Shown: positions 1 through 8,779, counted from the stretch's first letter. The stretch is DNA of 10,546 nt from Candidatus Muiribacteriota bacterium (GCA_051747805.1 JBNJGP010000084.1:1-10546); one strand, 5' to 3'. The notes: generated by a model not told the origin, from the letters alone. A program made the numbers and translations.

Positions 1-14
1 CCTTGATTTGATGG

Positions 15-64
15 GGTCAGCGCCGACATCACTTTGCGAAAAAGCAAAGTGTGTAGGCCTGACC
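15..64. repeat. Long imperfect hairpin, REP-like palindrome
   Basis: GGTCAG(15-20)/CTGACC(59-64), GCC(22-24)/GGC(56-58), ACA(26-28)/TGT(52-54) and CACTTTGC(30-37)/GCAAAGTG(44-51) around a GAAAAA loop. GC-rich relative to the surroundings, with no U-tract. Confidence 0.6.
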
Positions 65-152
65 ACTAAAGGATTTTCGGCTAAATTGAGAATTGGTGGT
101 TTTATCTGGTATTAACTTTAAAGTAAGGGTGGGGTGACCGAGCAAGAGCTAG

Positions 153-181
153 ACCCCGGCATAAAACATTACCGGGGTGAC
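153..181. repeat. Short GC-rich inverted repeat ending in GGGGTGAC (REP-like)
   Basis: ACCCCGG(153-159) pairs with CCGGGGT(172-178) around a 12-nt loop. GGGGTGAC also occurs at 131-138. Confidence 0.45.
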
Positions 182-215
182 ATCAAAATCATGAAAACAT
201 TACGAAAAAATTACA

Positions 216-244
216 TTTAGAATTGCTGGGCCCACAATTCTAAA
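216..244. promoter_or_regulatory. Near-perfect palindrome, candidate operator
   Basis: TTTAGAATTG-C-TGGGCCCA-CAATTCTAAA is a 28-bp perfect palindrome once the extra C226 is removed. It ends 1 bp before the -35 box. Confidence 0.5.
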
Positions 245-245
245 A

Positions 246-274
246 TTGATATTTGACACTTTATCCTTTATAAT
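246..274 (+). promoter_or_regulatory. Sigma70-type promoter
   Basis: TTGATA (246-251), 17-bp spacer, TATAAT (269-274). A G-rich RBS at 297-301 precedes ATG 307. Confidence 0.65.
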
Positions 275-306
275 AAGAATTATTGTAAATTATACTGGGG
301 GATTAT

Positions 307-1935
307 ATGAAAAAATTAATTTTTAGTCTAATTGCTTTTACTCTTATATCTTTTATGGGTTCTGAAATATATGCTCAAAGTGATTTTATTCATTCGCAGC
401 ATGTTTTTAAAACAAGGATGAAAGAGTATCAGCTTATTAAAAATCAGAAAATGGGTGTTGTTGAAAAGCTTGATTTTTTCTCTCAGGCTATTGATAATAA
501 AGCTGCTATTGACCTTGAAATGCATGATGAGATTAATAAGATTTTTATTCAGGTGTATGAAATGCAGAAGAACCTTAAAAAAAACTGGGATGATTTTCTG
601 CATTTTGATAGTTCAATTTTTCCAAAGGATTTTGACAGACTTTCTTCTAAGGATAGAGAACTTCTGCTTTTAAAAATTCAGGGTCTTGCAATTATTTCCA
701 GACTTTTACAATTTGAATTAACTGATGATATAAGCTCAAAACTTGATAATAACAGTTCTCTTAAATCCAAATTTGATGAACTTTCTCAGATGTCTTATTC
801 GGCATATGTTGATATGGTAAAAGAATATGCTCAGCTTGATTCTAAAAGAAGCTACAGCAAGCTTTCGGATGATGCTTCAAGTATTGGGCAGAGAAGTTTT
901 CTGCTTGAGAAATCAGAAGAGTTTTTAAATAATTGTGATAGAATGGTCTCTCTTGAGGCTATAAATTCCCAGGATGAAGAATTTCTTTATATTATCTCAG
1001 AGCTTGAAAGTTCAGAGCTTTTAGAAAAACTTGGGGATATGAATTTTATAGAAAAAATAGGGGCTTCTATTTCTGGTTTTTTCTCCGGTAACTGGCAAAA
1101 TGTTGTAAGAGGGTTTAACAATTTTAAAATTTCTCTTTCTAAATTTTTTGGTAATAGTGTTGGTGCTTTAAAGAAAAATCGTGAGCCTTATATTGACAGG
1201 GATGAAATTATGCCTGTGCTTGAAAATATTTTAGAGCCTGGTGATGTAATTATTGAAAAAGCTGGTTTTTTAATGACAGATACCTTTATTCCGGGGCATT
1301 TTGGTCATGTGGCGATTTATTCTGGAAAACCCCGTGTTTTATATAATTCAATTTTAAAAGATGATAAAGATTATATTGATAGTCAGCTTTATCGTCTGGC
1401 TGATAAAGAAGGCAATTCTGTTGATTATTATTATGATGCTCAGGTTCTTGAGGCGTTAAGACCTGGTGTGACTATCAGGTCTTTATTTGATTTTTTACAT
1501 ATTGATGATATTGCTATATTGCGTTTAAAAGAAAACGCTATCAGAAACGGTAAAGTTTATGAGGATTATATCAGACAGGTTCTTATACGTGCTTTTTCTT
1601 ATCTTGGTAAGGATTATGATTTTGGATTTGATGTAAATTCTTCAAATAATATTGTGTGCTCGGAAATGCCTTATCAATCGATGCCGGGTGTTGATTTCCG
1701 GGTTACAAAAACAATGGGGGTAAATAATATTTCTCCGGATGATATAGCTGTGCTTGCTGGTGAAGATGATTTCAGACCTTTTGAATTGATTTATTTTAAT
1801 CATGCAGGTGAAGAAATTCATAATGAAGATAGACTGGATAAATTTATTGCACTTCTTGAAGGCGAAGGTGCAGGATATTATGATTATGGTCAGAGACGAA
1901 GTCAGTTAGAGAATTACAGTAATTATAAATTTTAA
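307..1935 (+). CDS. Secreted protein with a C-terminal permuted papain-like NlpC/P60 (YiiX/YebB-like) domain
   Basis: Sec signal peptide (MKK, hydrophobic stretch, IYA/Q). Motifs LEPGDVII, GHFGHVAIY (H334), YDFGFD, IVCSE (C451) and ISPDDI give the His-before-Cys order of permuted NlpC/P60. Confidence 0.8.
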   Translation: MKKLIFSLIAFTLISFMGSEIYAQSDFIHSQHVFKTRMKEYQLIKNQKMGVVEKLDFFSQAIDNKAAIDLEMHDEINKIFIQVYEMQKNLKKNWDDFLHFDSSIFPKDFDRLSSKDRELLLLKIQGLAIISRLLQFELTDDISSKLDNNSSLKSKFDELSQMSYSAYVDMVKEYAQLDSKRSYSKLSDDASSIGQRSFLLEKSEEFLNNCDRMVSLEAINSQDEEFLYIISELESSELLEKLGDMNFIEKIGASISGFFSGNWQNVVRGFNNFKISLSKFFGNSVGALKKNREPYIDRDEIMPVLENILEPGDVIIEKAGFLMTDTFIPGHFGHVAIYSGKPRVLYNSILKDDKDYIDSQLYRLADKEGNSVDYYYDAQVLEALRPGVTIRSLFDFLHIDDIAILRLKENAIRNGKVYEDYIRQVLIRAFSYLGKDYDFGFDVNSSNNIVCSEMPYQSMPGVDFRVTKTMGVNNISPDDIAVLAGEDDFRPFELIYFNHAGEEIHNEDRLDKFIALLEGEGAGYYDYGQRRSQLENYSNYKF

Positions 1936-2018
1936 GTTAGTATAAATATATTGTTTAATGAATTATTTATTTAAATTAGGGGTTTAAAATTTTTTTATAT
2001 TTTTTTTGGGGGGGTAAA

Positions 2019-4259
2019 ATGAAAAAACATTTTATATTTATTGCTTTAGCTTTTTTTTCTGTAATTCTGATTTTTCAGGGTTGTGGTCAAAACAGGGTTG
2101 ATGAGAAACTTTATGGGGGGGATTATTCATTTATTCAGAATAATCAGACAGGTTTAGCATTGAATGTTGAATGGCCTGATAAAAAATCTGCCGATGGAAT
2201 GATGTCTGCTCCTCCAGAAGAGCTTAATCTGGCGACTGTTGAAGTGGTTTTAATTGAAAGTTCACTGCTTGAAAGTGAAATTTCTGATGAGAATGAATTT
2301 CATCTATATGAAGAGTTAACTCATGAATTTGAGGATAAGATTATAAGCAAACAATTTGATATAACTGCGGATAGTCCTCATAGAGACGGGGCGGAAATAA
2401 GTGAAATTAATGAGGGTAATTACTATGTATTGATTGCTGGTTTTACTCCTGATGACAATTATGGTTATGCTTCAATTATTGTTTTAAAAACTGTCAATAT
2501 TAAAGAAAATAATACTACTGTTTTAAATGTTGAAGAAAATGACTGGTTTTTTTATGAGGAAAATTATGAGCCATATGAACCCGATTCTGAAATAGATGGT
2601 TTTTCCTTGTTTGTTTCCAGGAATCTTCCGTTGGGAGTAAATTATACTTTAACTCCAGAACCTGATGAGAATGGTCGTTATGATACTGATGAGGTGGTTC
2701 TTATTCAGGCCGAAGTTCTTCCAGGTTATCATTTCTGTTATTTTGTTGAGGATGAAATTATTTCAGCGGGCGAACAAACTGATAATTTTTTTGAATTAGA
2801 GGTTGTTATGGATAATCATAAATATATTGATATTATTGTCTCTAATGGTGAAAACGTCATTTATGTTTCTTCACAGAATGGTTTAACAGAAAACGATGGA
2901 TTAAGTCCTCTTTCTCCGGTATCTTCCCTTAATGATGCAAGTATTATATTTGACACTCTTTATACCACTGGTATGGAGCTTGATGTCCGGCTTGAAGGAA
3001 ATTCTACTGGCCAGACCTATACATGGGAAGAAACTGGTGTTGAAGATATGGTTAATATGGATGCAAATCAATATTTTAATTTAAGTGGTGGCTGGGATTT
3101 TAATAATATTGAGTCTGGTCAGCATATTGATAATAAAGTTATTTTTGATGCCCAGCAGAGTTTAAGGCATATTACAATTGATAATGTGCAAAATGCTGTT
3201 GAAGCTCCTATAGAAATTTCTTATATAAGCTTTCAAAATGGTATATCTGATGAGGCTAGTTCTATTTTTATAGCTGAATCTGCTGTCAATATTACTTCAT
3301 GTGAGTTTTATAATAATTCTGGTGATGGGTGGCATTACGGTGCGGCATTAACCGCTGCTTCAGGTTCGTCTGTAAATATTATTAATTCCAGATTTAGCGA
3401 AAATACTTCTTCTTCAGTTTCAGCTATTTATGCAGGCGAACTTGTGAATTATACAGCAGTAAATCCTATAACACTTATTGTTGATAATGTAACTTTTGAT
3501 TCAAATGATGGCTCTGTTTTTGGCATCTCTAATAGTATGGACGGCTCGGGTTTTATTATAAAGGATTCTATTTTCAGTAATAATACAGCTATTAATAATG
3601 ATGGTGTTAATACGGCACTTTATGCTTTGAATATAACGGATGGTATTAGTGTTACAAACACTACTTATGAAAACAATACTTATTCAACGAACAATGATAG
3701 TTATGGTGCTGCTGGAGCTATGTATTTCAGCGAGATTGAATCAATTCTTATTGATAATTGTGAGTTGAAAGACAATGAGTTAACCGCGGATGCCTTGGGT
3801 ATTGGTGGGGCTGTTTATTTTCATTCAAGTGAAAATGTCGGTGTTTTAAATTCCAGTTTTATTAATAATAATACAATTAATGGTAGCGGCGGCGCTCTTT
3901 ATTTTTCAGCAGGTGGAGTTGCTTCTTCTACGCTAATGATTGAAGCTTCTTCTTTTGAAAATAATAGAGCTTCTTCAAATGGTGGAGCTGTTTTGGTTGA
4001 GGGAGGCGCTCACCTTGGAATTAAAAACAATAATTTTGATTCAAATTCTGCTATTGATGGTTTTGGTGGTGGTCTTTTTATTGGTTCAAATATTGATATA
4101 CTTACATTCAACGAGAACGGAGATTATGATTTAAATAATTTATGGACACAGGATAACATTGGACCAAATGATGATCAGAATGCTGCAGGTTATCAGAATA
4201 TATTTACCGGAAATACTCATAGCGAAGGCGATGGGGCACATGTATATTTTGAATTGTGA
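2019..4259 (+). CDS. Large acidic lipoprotein with a C-terminal right-handed beta-helix (pectin lyase-like / Pmp-type repeats)
   Basis: Lipobox FQG-C22. IYVS motif at the helix start, then recurring FxxN and GGA(L/V) motifs (FYNN, FSEN, FSNN, FINN, FENN, FDSN; GGAVY, GGALY, GGAVL, GGGLF). Confidence 0.75.
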   Translation: MKKHFIFIALAFFSVILIFQGCGQNRVDEKLYGGDYSFIQNNQTGLALNVEWPDKKSADGMMSAPPEELNLATVEVVLIESSLLESEISDENEFHLYEELTHEFEDKIISKQFDITADSPHRDGAEISEINEGNYYVLIAGFTPDDNYGYASIIVLKTVNIKENNTTVLNVEENDWFFYEENYEPYEPDSEIDGFSLFVSRNLPLGVNYTLTPEPDENGRYDTDEVVLIQAEVLPGYHFCYFVEDEIISAGEQTDNFFELEVVMDNHKYIDIIVSNGENVIYVSSQNGLTENDGLSPLSPVSSLNDASIIFDTLYTTGMELDVRLEGNSTGQTYTWEETGVEDMVNMDANQYFNLSGGWDFNNIESGQHIDNKVIFDAQQSLRHITIDNVQNAVEAPIEISYISFQNGISDEASSIFIAESAVNITSCEFYNNSGDGWHYGAALTAASGSSVNIINSRFSENTSSSVSAIYAGELVNYTAVNPITLIVDNVTFDSNDGSVFGISNSMDGSGFIIKDSIFSNNTAINNDGVNTALYALNITDGISVTNTTYENNTYSTNNDSYGAAGAMYFSEIESILIDNCELKDNELTADALGIGGAVYFHSSENVGVLNSSFINNNTINGSGGALYFSAGGVASSTLMIEASSFENNRASSNGGAVLVEGGAHLGIKNNNFDSNSAIDGFGGGLFIGSNIDILTFNENGDYDLNNLWTQDNIGPNDDQNAAGYQNIFTGNTHSEGDGAHVYFEL

Positions 4260-4286
4260 TAAAAAAGCGAGGTCAGGTCTATACAA

Positions 4287-6119
4287 ATGATTAAAACGTT
4301 TTTTGCGGGGCTATTATTTTTAATTGCCCTTATTACTACTGTCGTTTATCACTCGATGAATCCTGTTGATAATAAGATTCCTCTTGAAAAAGATACTGAA
4401 GTTCAAAAACAGGAATTAATATCTGCTGAATTAGATAAAAAAGTTGTTCACAACAAACAGGATGAGGATTTCAGCGTTGTACCTAATCTTTTAAAGCGTT
4501 TTCAGGAATATTTAAAAAATAATCCAGAGGATGAATTTATCAAAAATTATTATTTTAATTTACTTTTAAAAAAGAGTAATATAAAAAATAATTATAAGTT
4601 CGTTTTTTCTGGAAAAGACCCTGAGCCTGAAAGAGATTTTGAGGTTGATTTTGAATTTGAGTTTGAGCCTGTTTCAGATTCAGATTCTGTGTCAGTTCAA
4701 ATTTATTCTTTAGAGTTAGATCCGGAATTAGATTTTGATTTTTCAGCCAGGCTCCAGCAGGCTAGAGAGCTTGCCTGGTCAGGTGAATTTAAGGATAGTA
4801 TAAAAATTTATAAAAAGCTTCATGAGTTTTATCCGGATAATTCAGAGGTGCTTTTTGAGCTTGCAAGAACTGCGAGCTGGGCAAAGGATTATTCTAATAT
4901 GTATTTTGCCTACAGTCTGCTTCGGGATTTTGAGGATAAAAACGTTAAAAGAGAGGCAGAGCTTGAATACAAGGCCAAAAAAAATAATATTTTGCGTCAA
5001 TACAGCAGCGCTTTAAAATTTTATAAAAAGCTCTTTAATGAGTTCCCAGAAAATACTGAAGCTTTGTTTGACTTTGCTCAGCTTAAAAGTATGCGCGGGG
5101 ATTTAACTTTTTCTAAAAAAATATACAATCAGATTCTGGATATTTATCCTGACCATGACTTTGCTTTATATGCAAATGATAGAATTAATTTAATATCTAC
5201 GCCCTCTTTTAAACCTTATTATGTTAAAACAAAAGAGAAAGGCCGGGACGGGATTTCTAATTTAAACCAAAGTATTTATGGTTTTTCCTTTAAAAATTAT
5301 TTAAAAAACAACAATTTGTTTATATTTTCATATGAAAGTGGAAAAAATTTCTATTCGAATAATAATACAGAATTTAATTTTAATAAGTATAATTTGGATT
5401 TAAGGGGTTCAAGCAGGGATTTATACTGGAATTTACATTTTAATAAATATATTTTTGATGATTCTTCTGTTAATGATTTTGACGGGGCAACTTTCAGGAT
5501 TTCTTCAAAAAAAAATGATTCATTTCATCCTTTTTTTGAATATTCAAAAAATCTTCAAAAGTCTAATTTTTTCAGTTTAACCGGGGGAATTTATTCTAAA
5601 AAATATAAATCAGGATTTTATAAAGCTTTGAATAATAAACAGGATATTAATTTTGAAGTTTCTTATGCCGATTTCAGCGATGATAACTATAAAAAAGAGG
5701 CATATTTTAACACAAACTATATTCTAAAATTTCATCCCTATACAAGACAGCTGATTTTTTCATATTTTTATGCTGATACAACAAAACAGAATATTTTCAC
5801 TTACAACCCGGCTGGTGATACAACAGATATTACCTATCCCTACTGGACACCGCAAAATCACAGTGAATTGAGTCTGCTTTTTAATATTAATCATGATTTG
5901 TCCGAAAAATTAATTTATGAGTCTCCAGATAGTTATTTTGATATTAAAATTGGTGGTAGTTTTAACTCAGATAACAACACAGCTTTTATATTAAGCGCAG
6001 AATACAGTTATCCTTTAAATAAAAAATCTGAACTTTTTATCCAGGGTTATTTCCAGGATTCAAGTGACTGGCGTTATTCAAAGGTATCTGTTTTTTATAA
6101 TTATTATTCAGGGTGGTAG
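4287..6119 (+). CDS. TPR-containing protein with a probable C-terminal outer-membrane beta-barrel (PgaA/BcsC-like export scaffold)
   Basis: N-terminal hydrophobic segment and TPR-like units (ARELAWSGEF...YPDNSEVLFELA; FPENTEALFDFA; YPDHDFAL). The C-terminal half is aromatic-rich with alternating beta-strand pattern, contains YWTP and ends in YNYYSGW. Confidence 0.65.
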   Translation: MIKTFFAGLLFLIALITTVVYHSMNPVDNKIPLEKDTEVQKQELISAELDKKVVHNKQDEDFSVVPNLLKRFQEYLKNNPEDEFIKNYYFNLLLKKSNIKNNYKFVFSGKDPEPERDFEVDFEFEFEPVSDSDSVSVQIYSLELDPELDFDFSARLQQARELAWSGEFKDSIKIYKKLHEFYPDNSEVLFELARTASWAKDYSNMYFAYSLLRDFEDKNVKREAELEYKAKKNNILRQYSSALKFYKKLFNEFPENTEALFDFAQLKSMRGDLTFSKKIYNQILDIYPDHDFALYANDRINLISTPSFKPYYVKTKEKGRDGISNLNQSIYGFSFKNYLKNNNLFIFSYESGKNFYSNNNTEFNFNKYNLDLRGSSRDLYWNLHFNKYIFDDSSVNDFDGATFRISSKKNDSFHPFFEYSKNLQKSNFFSLTGGIYSKKYKSGFYKALNNKQDINFEVSYADFSDDNYKKEAYFNTNYILKFHPYTRQLIFSYFYADTTKQNIFTYNPAGDTTDITYPYWTPQNHSELSLLFNINHDLSEKLIYESPDSYFDIKIGGSFNSDNNTAFILSAEYSYPLNKKSELFIQGYFQDSSDWRYSKVSVFYNYYSGW

Positions 6120-7747
6120 TTTTGAAAAAAAATATAAATTATGGGAATCTTCTTTTTTTAATTTTTCTTGCAGTTGTTCTGCTATTAATATATGTAATTG
6201 GAAGAACTTATTATTTTGTAATGTTTGCCCAGAATACTTTTGATATAATATTTGGCACACTTTTTTTGCTGGCTGAGTTATTTCTTCTAATTCATGGTGT
6301 TGGATATTTTAATGAAATTATCAGCGTTGTAAAAAAGACTCATTCTTCTCTTGGACGGAAAAGAGAAAAGCCGGATTTAACTGAAAATCCACCAGTTGCA
6401 GTTTGTGTTGCCTCGTTTAAAGAGCCCCTGCCACTGCTTGAGGAAACTTTAATCTGTCTGGTTAATTTAACTTATTCAAACGTTAATGTTTATCTTCTGG
6501 ATGATACAAAATATGATAATTCCTGGAAAAATGAAAAAGAAAGGGATAAATATAAAAAAGATATTGAAGAATTATGTGAGAATCTTGAAATAAATTTATT
6601 CAGAAGAAAATGGCGTGGCGCCAAGGCTGGTATTATTAATGATTTTTTAGCCTATAAAAAGGGAGATAAAAATCCTGATTTTAAACTTTTAAATTTTTCT
6701 GATAAAAAAGAGTTGGAAACTGAAGAATATATAGGTATTTTTGATGCTGATATGCAGGCTTTTCCGAATTTTTTAGAGCCTCTTGTGCAGATGATGTTTG
6801 AGGATGAAAAAACAGCTTTTGTTCAGACACCGCAGTATTATACAAATTTTGAAAAAAATAAAATTGCAAAAGCTGCTGGTCTTCAACAGGTTGTTTTTTT
6901 TGAGTATATTTCAGAGGGAAAAGGTGAAGAGGGAGCTATGTTCTGCTGTGGCACAAATGTTTTATTCAGAAGAGAAGCTTTAAACGATGTTGGTGGAATG
7001 GATGAGTCTTCTGTTACTGAGGATTTTGCTACTTCTTTAAAACTACATATTAATGGATGGAACTCAAAATTTTATAATAAAACAGGTGCTTTTGGAATGG
7101 GTCCCGAGGATATGGGAGGATATTTTAAGCAGCAGTTCAGATGGGCTTTAGGAACGGTTGGCATGTTCTGGACTATTTTGTTAACTTTTTTAAAAAACCC
7201 CTTTAAGTTAAGACCTAGATTATGGTGGGAATATTTTCTATCAAGCACCTACTATATGGTGGGATATGTTGTTTTAACTCTGATTACTGGGCCTATTTTA
7301 TATATTTTTTTCAACAGGCCGTCCTTTTTTGCCACGCCAGAAATATATCTGCTTATTTTCACCCCATATATTATTTCCACATTGGTAATTTTTTTCTCTA
7401 CTCTGCAGACAAGAAATTACAAGGCAAAAGAGCTTATTATTGGACAGTTTCTTACAATAATAACTTTTCCTGTATATATTAAGGCGGTAACCCTTGCCCT
7501 GCTTGGAATAAAAGGCTCATTCGGGGTGACACCAAAAGAGGGCAGCAATATTATTTCCTATAAAAAATTATGGGTACAGGTTCTTTTTATTTGTATTAAT
7601 TTTTCTGCGGTTATCTGGGGAATTAATAAAATGGTTTTTGATGCAAGTGTTAACTGGTCTATTATGATAAGTGTTTTCTGGTGCTTATATCACGTGTTTA
7701 TATTAAGTTTTATTTTTTATTTTAATACAGAAGGTGAAATTAAATGA
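6113..7747 (+). CDS. Processive GT2 cellulose-synthase-like (BcsA/CesA family) glycosyltransferase without a PilZ domain
   Basis: Two N-terminal TM helices; LLDD, GAKAG, FDAD, VQTPQ, FCCGTN, TED (T302), QQFRW (Q340); C-terminal TMs with FGVTPK (F470). The GTG start overlaps the previous stop; the exact start is uncertain. Confidence 0.9.
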   Translation: MVVLKKNINYGNLLFLIFLAVVLLLIYVIGRTYYFVMFAQNTFDIIFGTLFLLAELFLLIHGVGYFNEIISVVKKTHSSLGRKREKPDLTENPPVAVCVASFKEPLPLLEETLICLVNLTYSNVNVYLLDDTKYDNSWKNEKERDKYKKDIEELCENLEINLFRRKWRGAKAGIINDFLAYKKGDKNPDFKLLNFSDKKELETEEYIGIFDADMQAFPNFLEPLVQMMFEDEKTAFVQTPQYYTNFEKNKIAKAAGLQQVVFFEYISEGKGEEGAMFCCGTNVLFRREALNDVGGMDESSVTEDFATSLKLHINGWNSKFYNKTGAFGMGPEDMGGYFKQQFRWALGTVGMFWTILLTFLKNPFKLRPRLWWEYFLSSTYYMVGYVVLTLITGPILYIFFNRPSFFATPEIYLLIFTPYIISTLVIFFSTLQTRNYKAKELIIGQFLTIITFPVYIKAVTLALLGIKGSFGVTPKEGSNIISYKKLWVQVLFICINFSAVIWGINKMVFDASVNWSIMISVFWCLYHVFILSFIFYFNTEGEIK

Positions 7748-8763
7748 ATAATATTAAAAAATGCCTGATTTTTTTACTTGTTTTTGTCCTCCTGGCAGGA
7801 GCTTTTTATTATTTCAGTTTAAAAAGAAAGCCGGTTGATAATTTTTATTTCGGTCTTGCGCTTGAGGGTTATCCACTTGAAACTTCAAGAATTAACAAGG
7901 AAATTCAAAGACTAAGGATGACTCCTGAAATAATTAATTTTTTCCTTCAGTGGCCTGATAAAGAATTTAAAAATAATATACAGCTTTCTAAAAATACACT
8001 TGAAGCAGTTAAAGAGGTGGGGGCTACCCCGTGTATTACCTGGGAGCCTATGTACTATATTGAAGATGAAAAAATCAACGTAAAATATGATGAGATTTTA
8101 AACGGTGATTATGATTCTTATATTCAGGATTTTGCCCTTATAATAAAAAAACTTAATTTTCCTGTAATGCTTAGATTCGCGCATGAAATGAATCTTCAAA
8201 AATATCACTGGGGGGTAGAGGAGGATAATTATAACAAAGAGGCACCTTTAAAATATATTGAAATGTACCGTTATATATGGAATAAATTTAAAAGATATGG
8301 TGCCCATAATGTTTTATGGGTATTTTGTCCTAATGTTGATTCGGTTCCAGATAGTTCTTGGAATATTATGCAAAATTATTATCCGGGTGATGAATACGTT
8401 GATATTTTAGGGCTGGACGGTTACAATTGGGGAGAAGGACAGTTTATTAGAAGAGATGGCTGGGAAAGCAAATGGCAGAGTTTTTCACATATTTTCAGCA
8501 AACCTTTGAGAAAGTTAAATAAAATTACAATGGAAAAACCTGTTATGGTTTTTGAAACCGCCTCAACAGCAATTGGGGGAGATAAGACCGAGTGGTTAAA
8601 GCGGGCTGTTAAAAAAGCCCCGCGGTATGGGTTCTCAGGGATTATTTATTTTCAGGTTGATAAAGAGCTTGACTGGTCGATAAATAGAAGTCAGGGCAGT
8701 GTTATAAAGGATAATAGACTTGAAAATAAAATAAATATTGATGAATGGATTAATCAGTTATAA
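7744..8763 (+). CDS. Glycoside hydrolase family 26 (beta-mannanase/beta-glucanase-like), with N-terminal anchor or signal
   Basis: ITWEP, RFAHEMN (acid/base E148), WVFCPN, YYPGDEYVDILGLDGYN and KPVMVFET (nucleophile E271). ATGA overlap with the GT2 stop. Confidence 0.9.
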   Translation: MNNIKKCLIFLLVFVLLAGAFYYFSLKRKPVDNFYFGLALEGYPLETSRINKEIQRLRMTPEIINFFLQWPDKEFKNNIQLSKNTLEAVKEVGATPCITWEPMYYIEDEKINVKYDEILNGDYDSYIQDFALIIKKLNFPVMLRFAHEMNLQKYHWGVEEDNYNKEAPLKYIEMYRYIWNKFKRYGAHNVLWVFCPNVDSVPDSSWNIMQNYYPGDEYVDILGLDGYNWGEGQFIRRDGWESKWQSFSHIFSKPLRKLNKITMEKPVMVFETASTAIGGDKTEWLKRAVKKAPRYGFSGIIYFQVDKELDWSINRSQGSVIKDNRLENKINIDEWINQL

Positions 8764-8779
8764 GGGTTAAGGAGTTTTT

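Noticed and set aside
30..72. c-di-GMP-I riboswitch (GCAAAG...GGCCTGA resemblance)
   Set aside because: It lacks the upstream GGCAAA...GAAA...GAC stem, GCAAAG is locked in a perfect stem with CTTTGC, and it lies upstream of the predicted promoter.
253..274. TTGACA (253-258) as the -35 for TATAAT (269-274)
   Set aside because: The spacer is only 10 bp; TTGATA at 246-251 gives the canonical 17 bp.
328..673. ORFs 328..603 (-) and 455..673 (+)
   Set aside because: Shadow ORFs nested inside the 542-aa gene, with no recognisable motifs.
3940..7482. Nested ORFs 3940..4134, 4822..5016, 6681..6869, 6798..6983 and 7222..7482
   Set aside because: Short alternative-frame or antisense ORFs within well-supported CDSs, with no independent evidence.
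6113..7747. Gene symbol bcsA
   Set aside because: No PilZ domain and no bcsB/bcsZ in the window; the product polymer is unproven.
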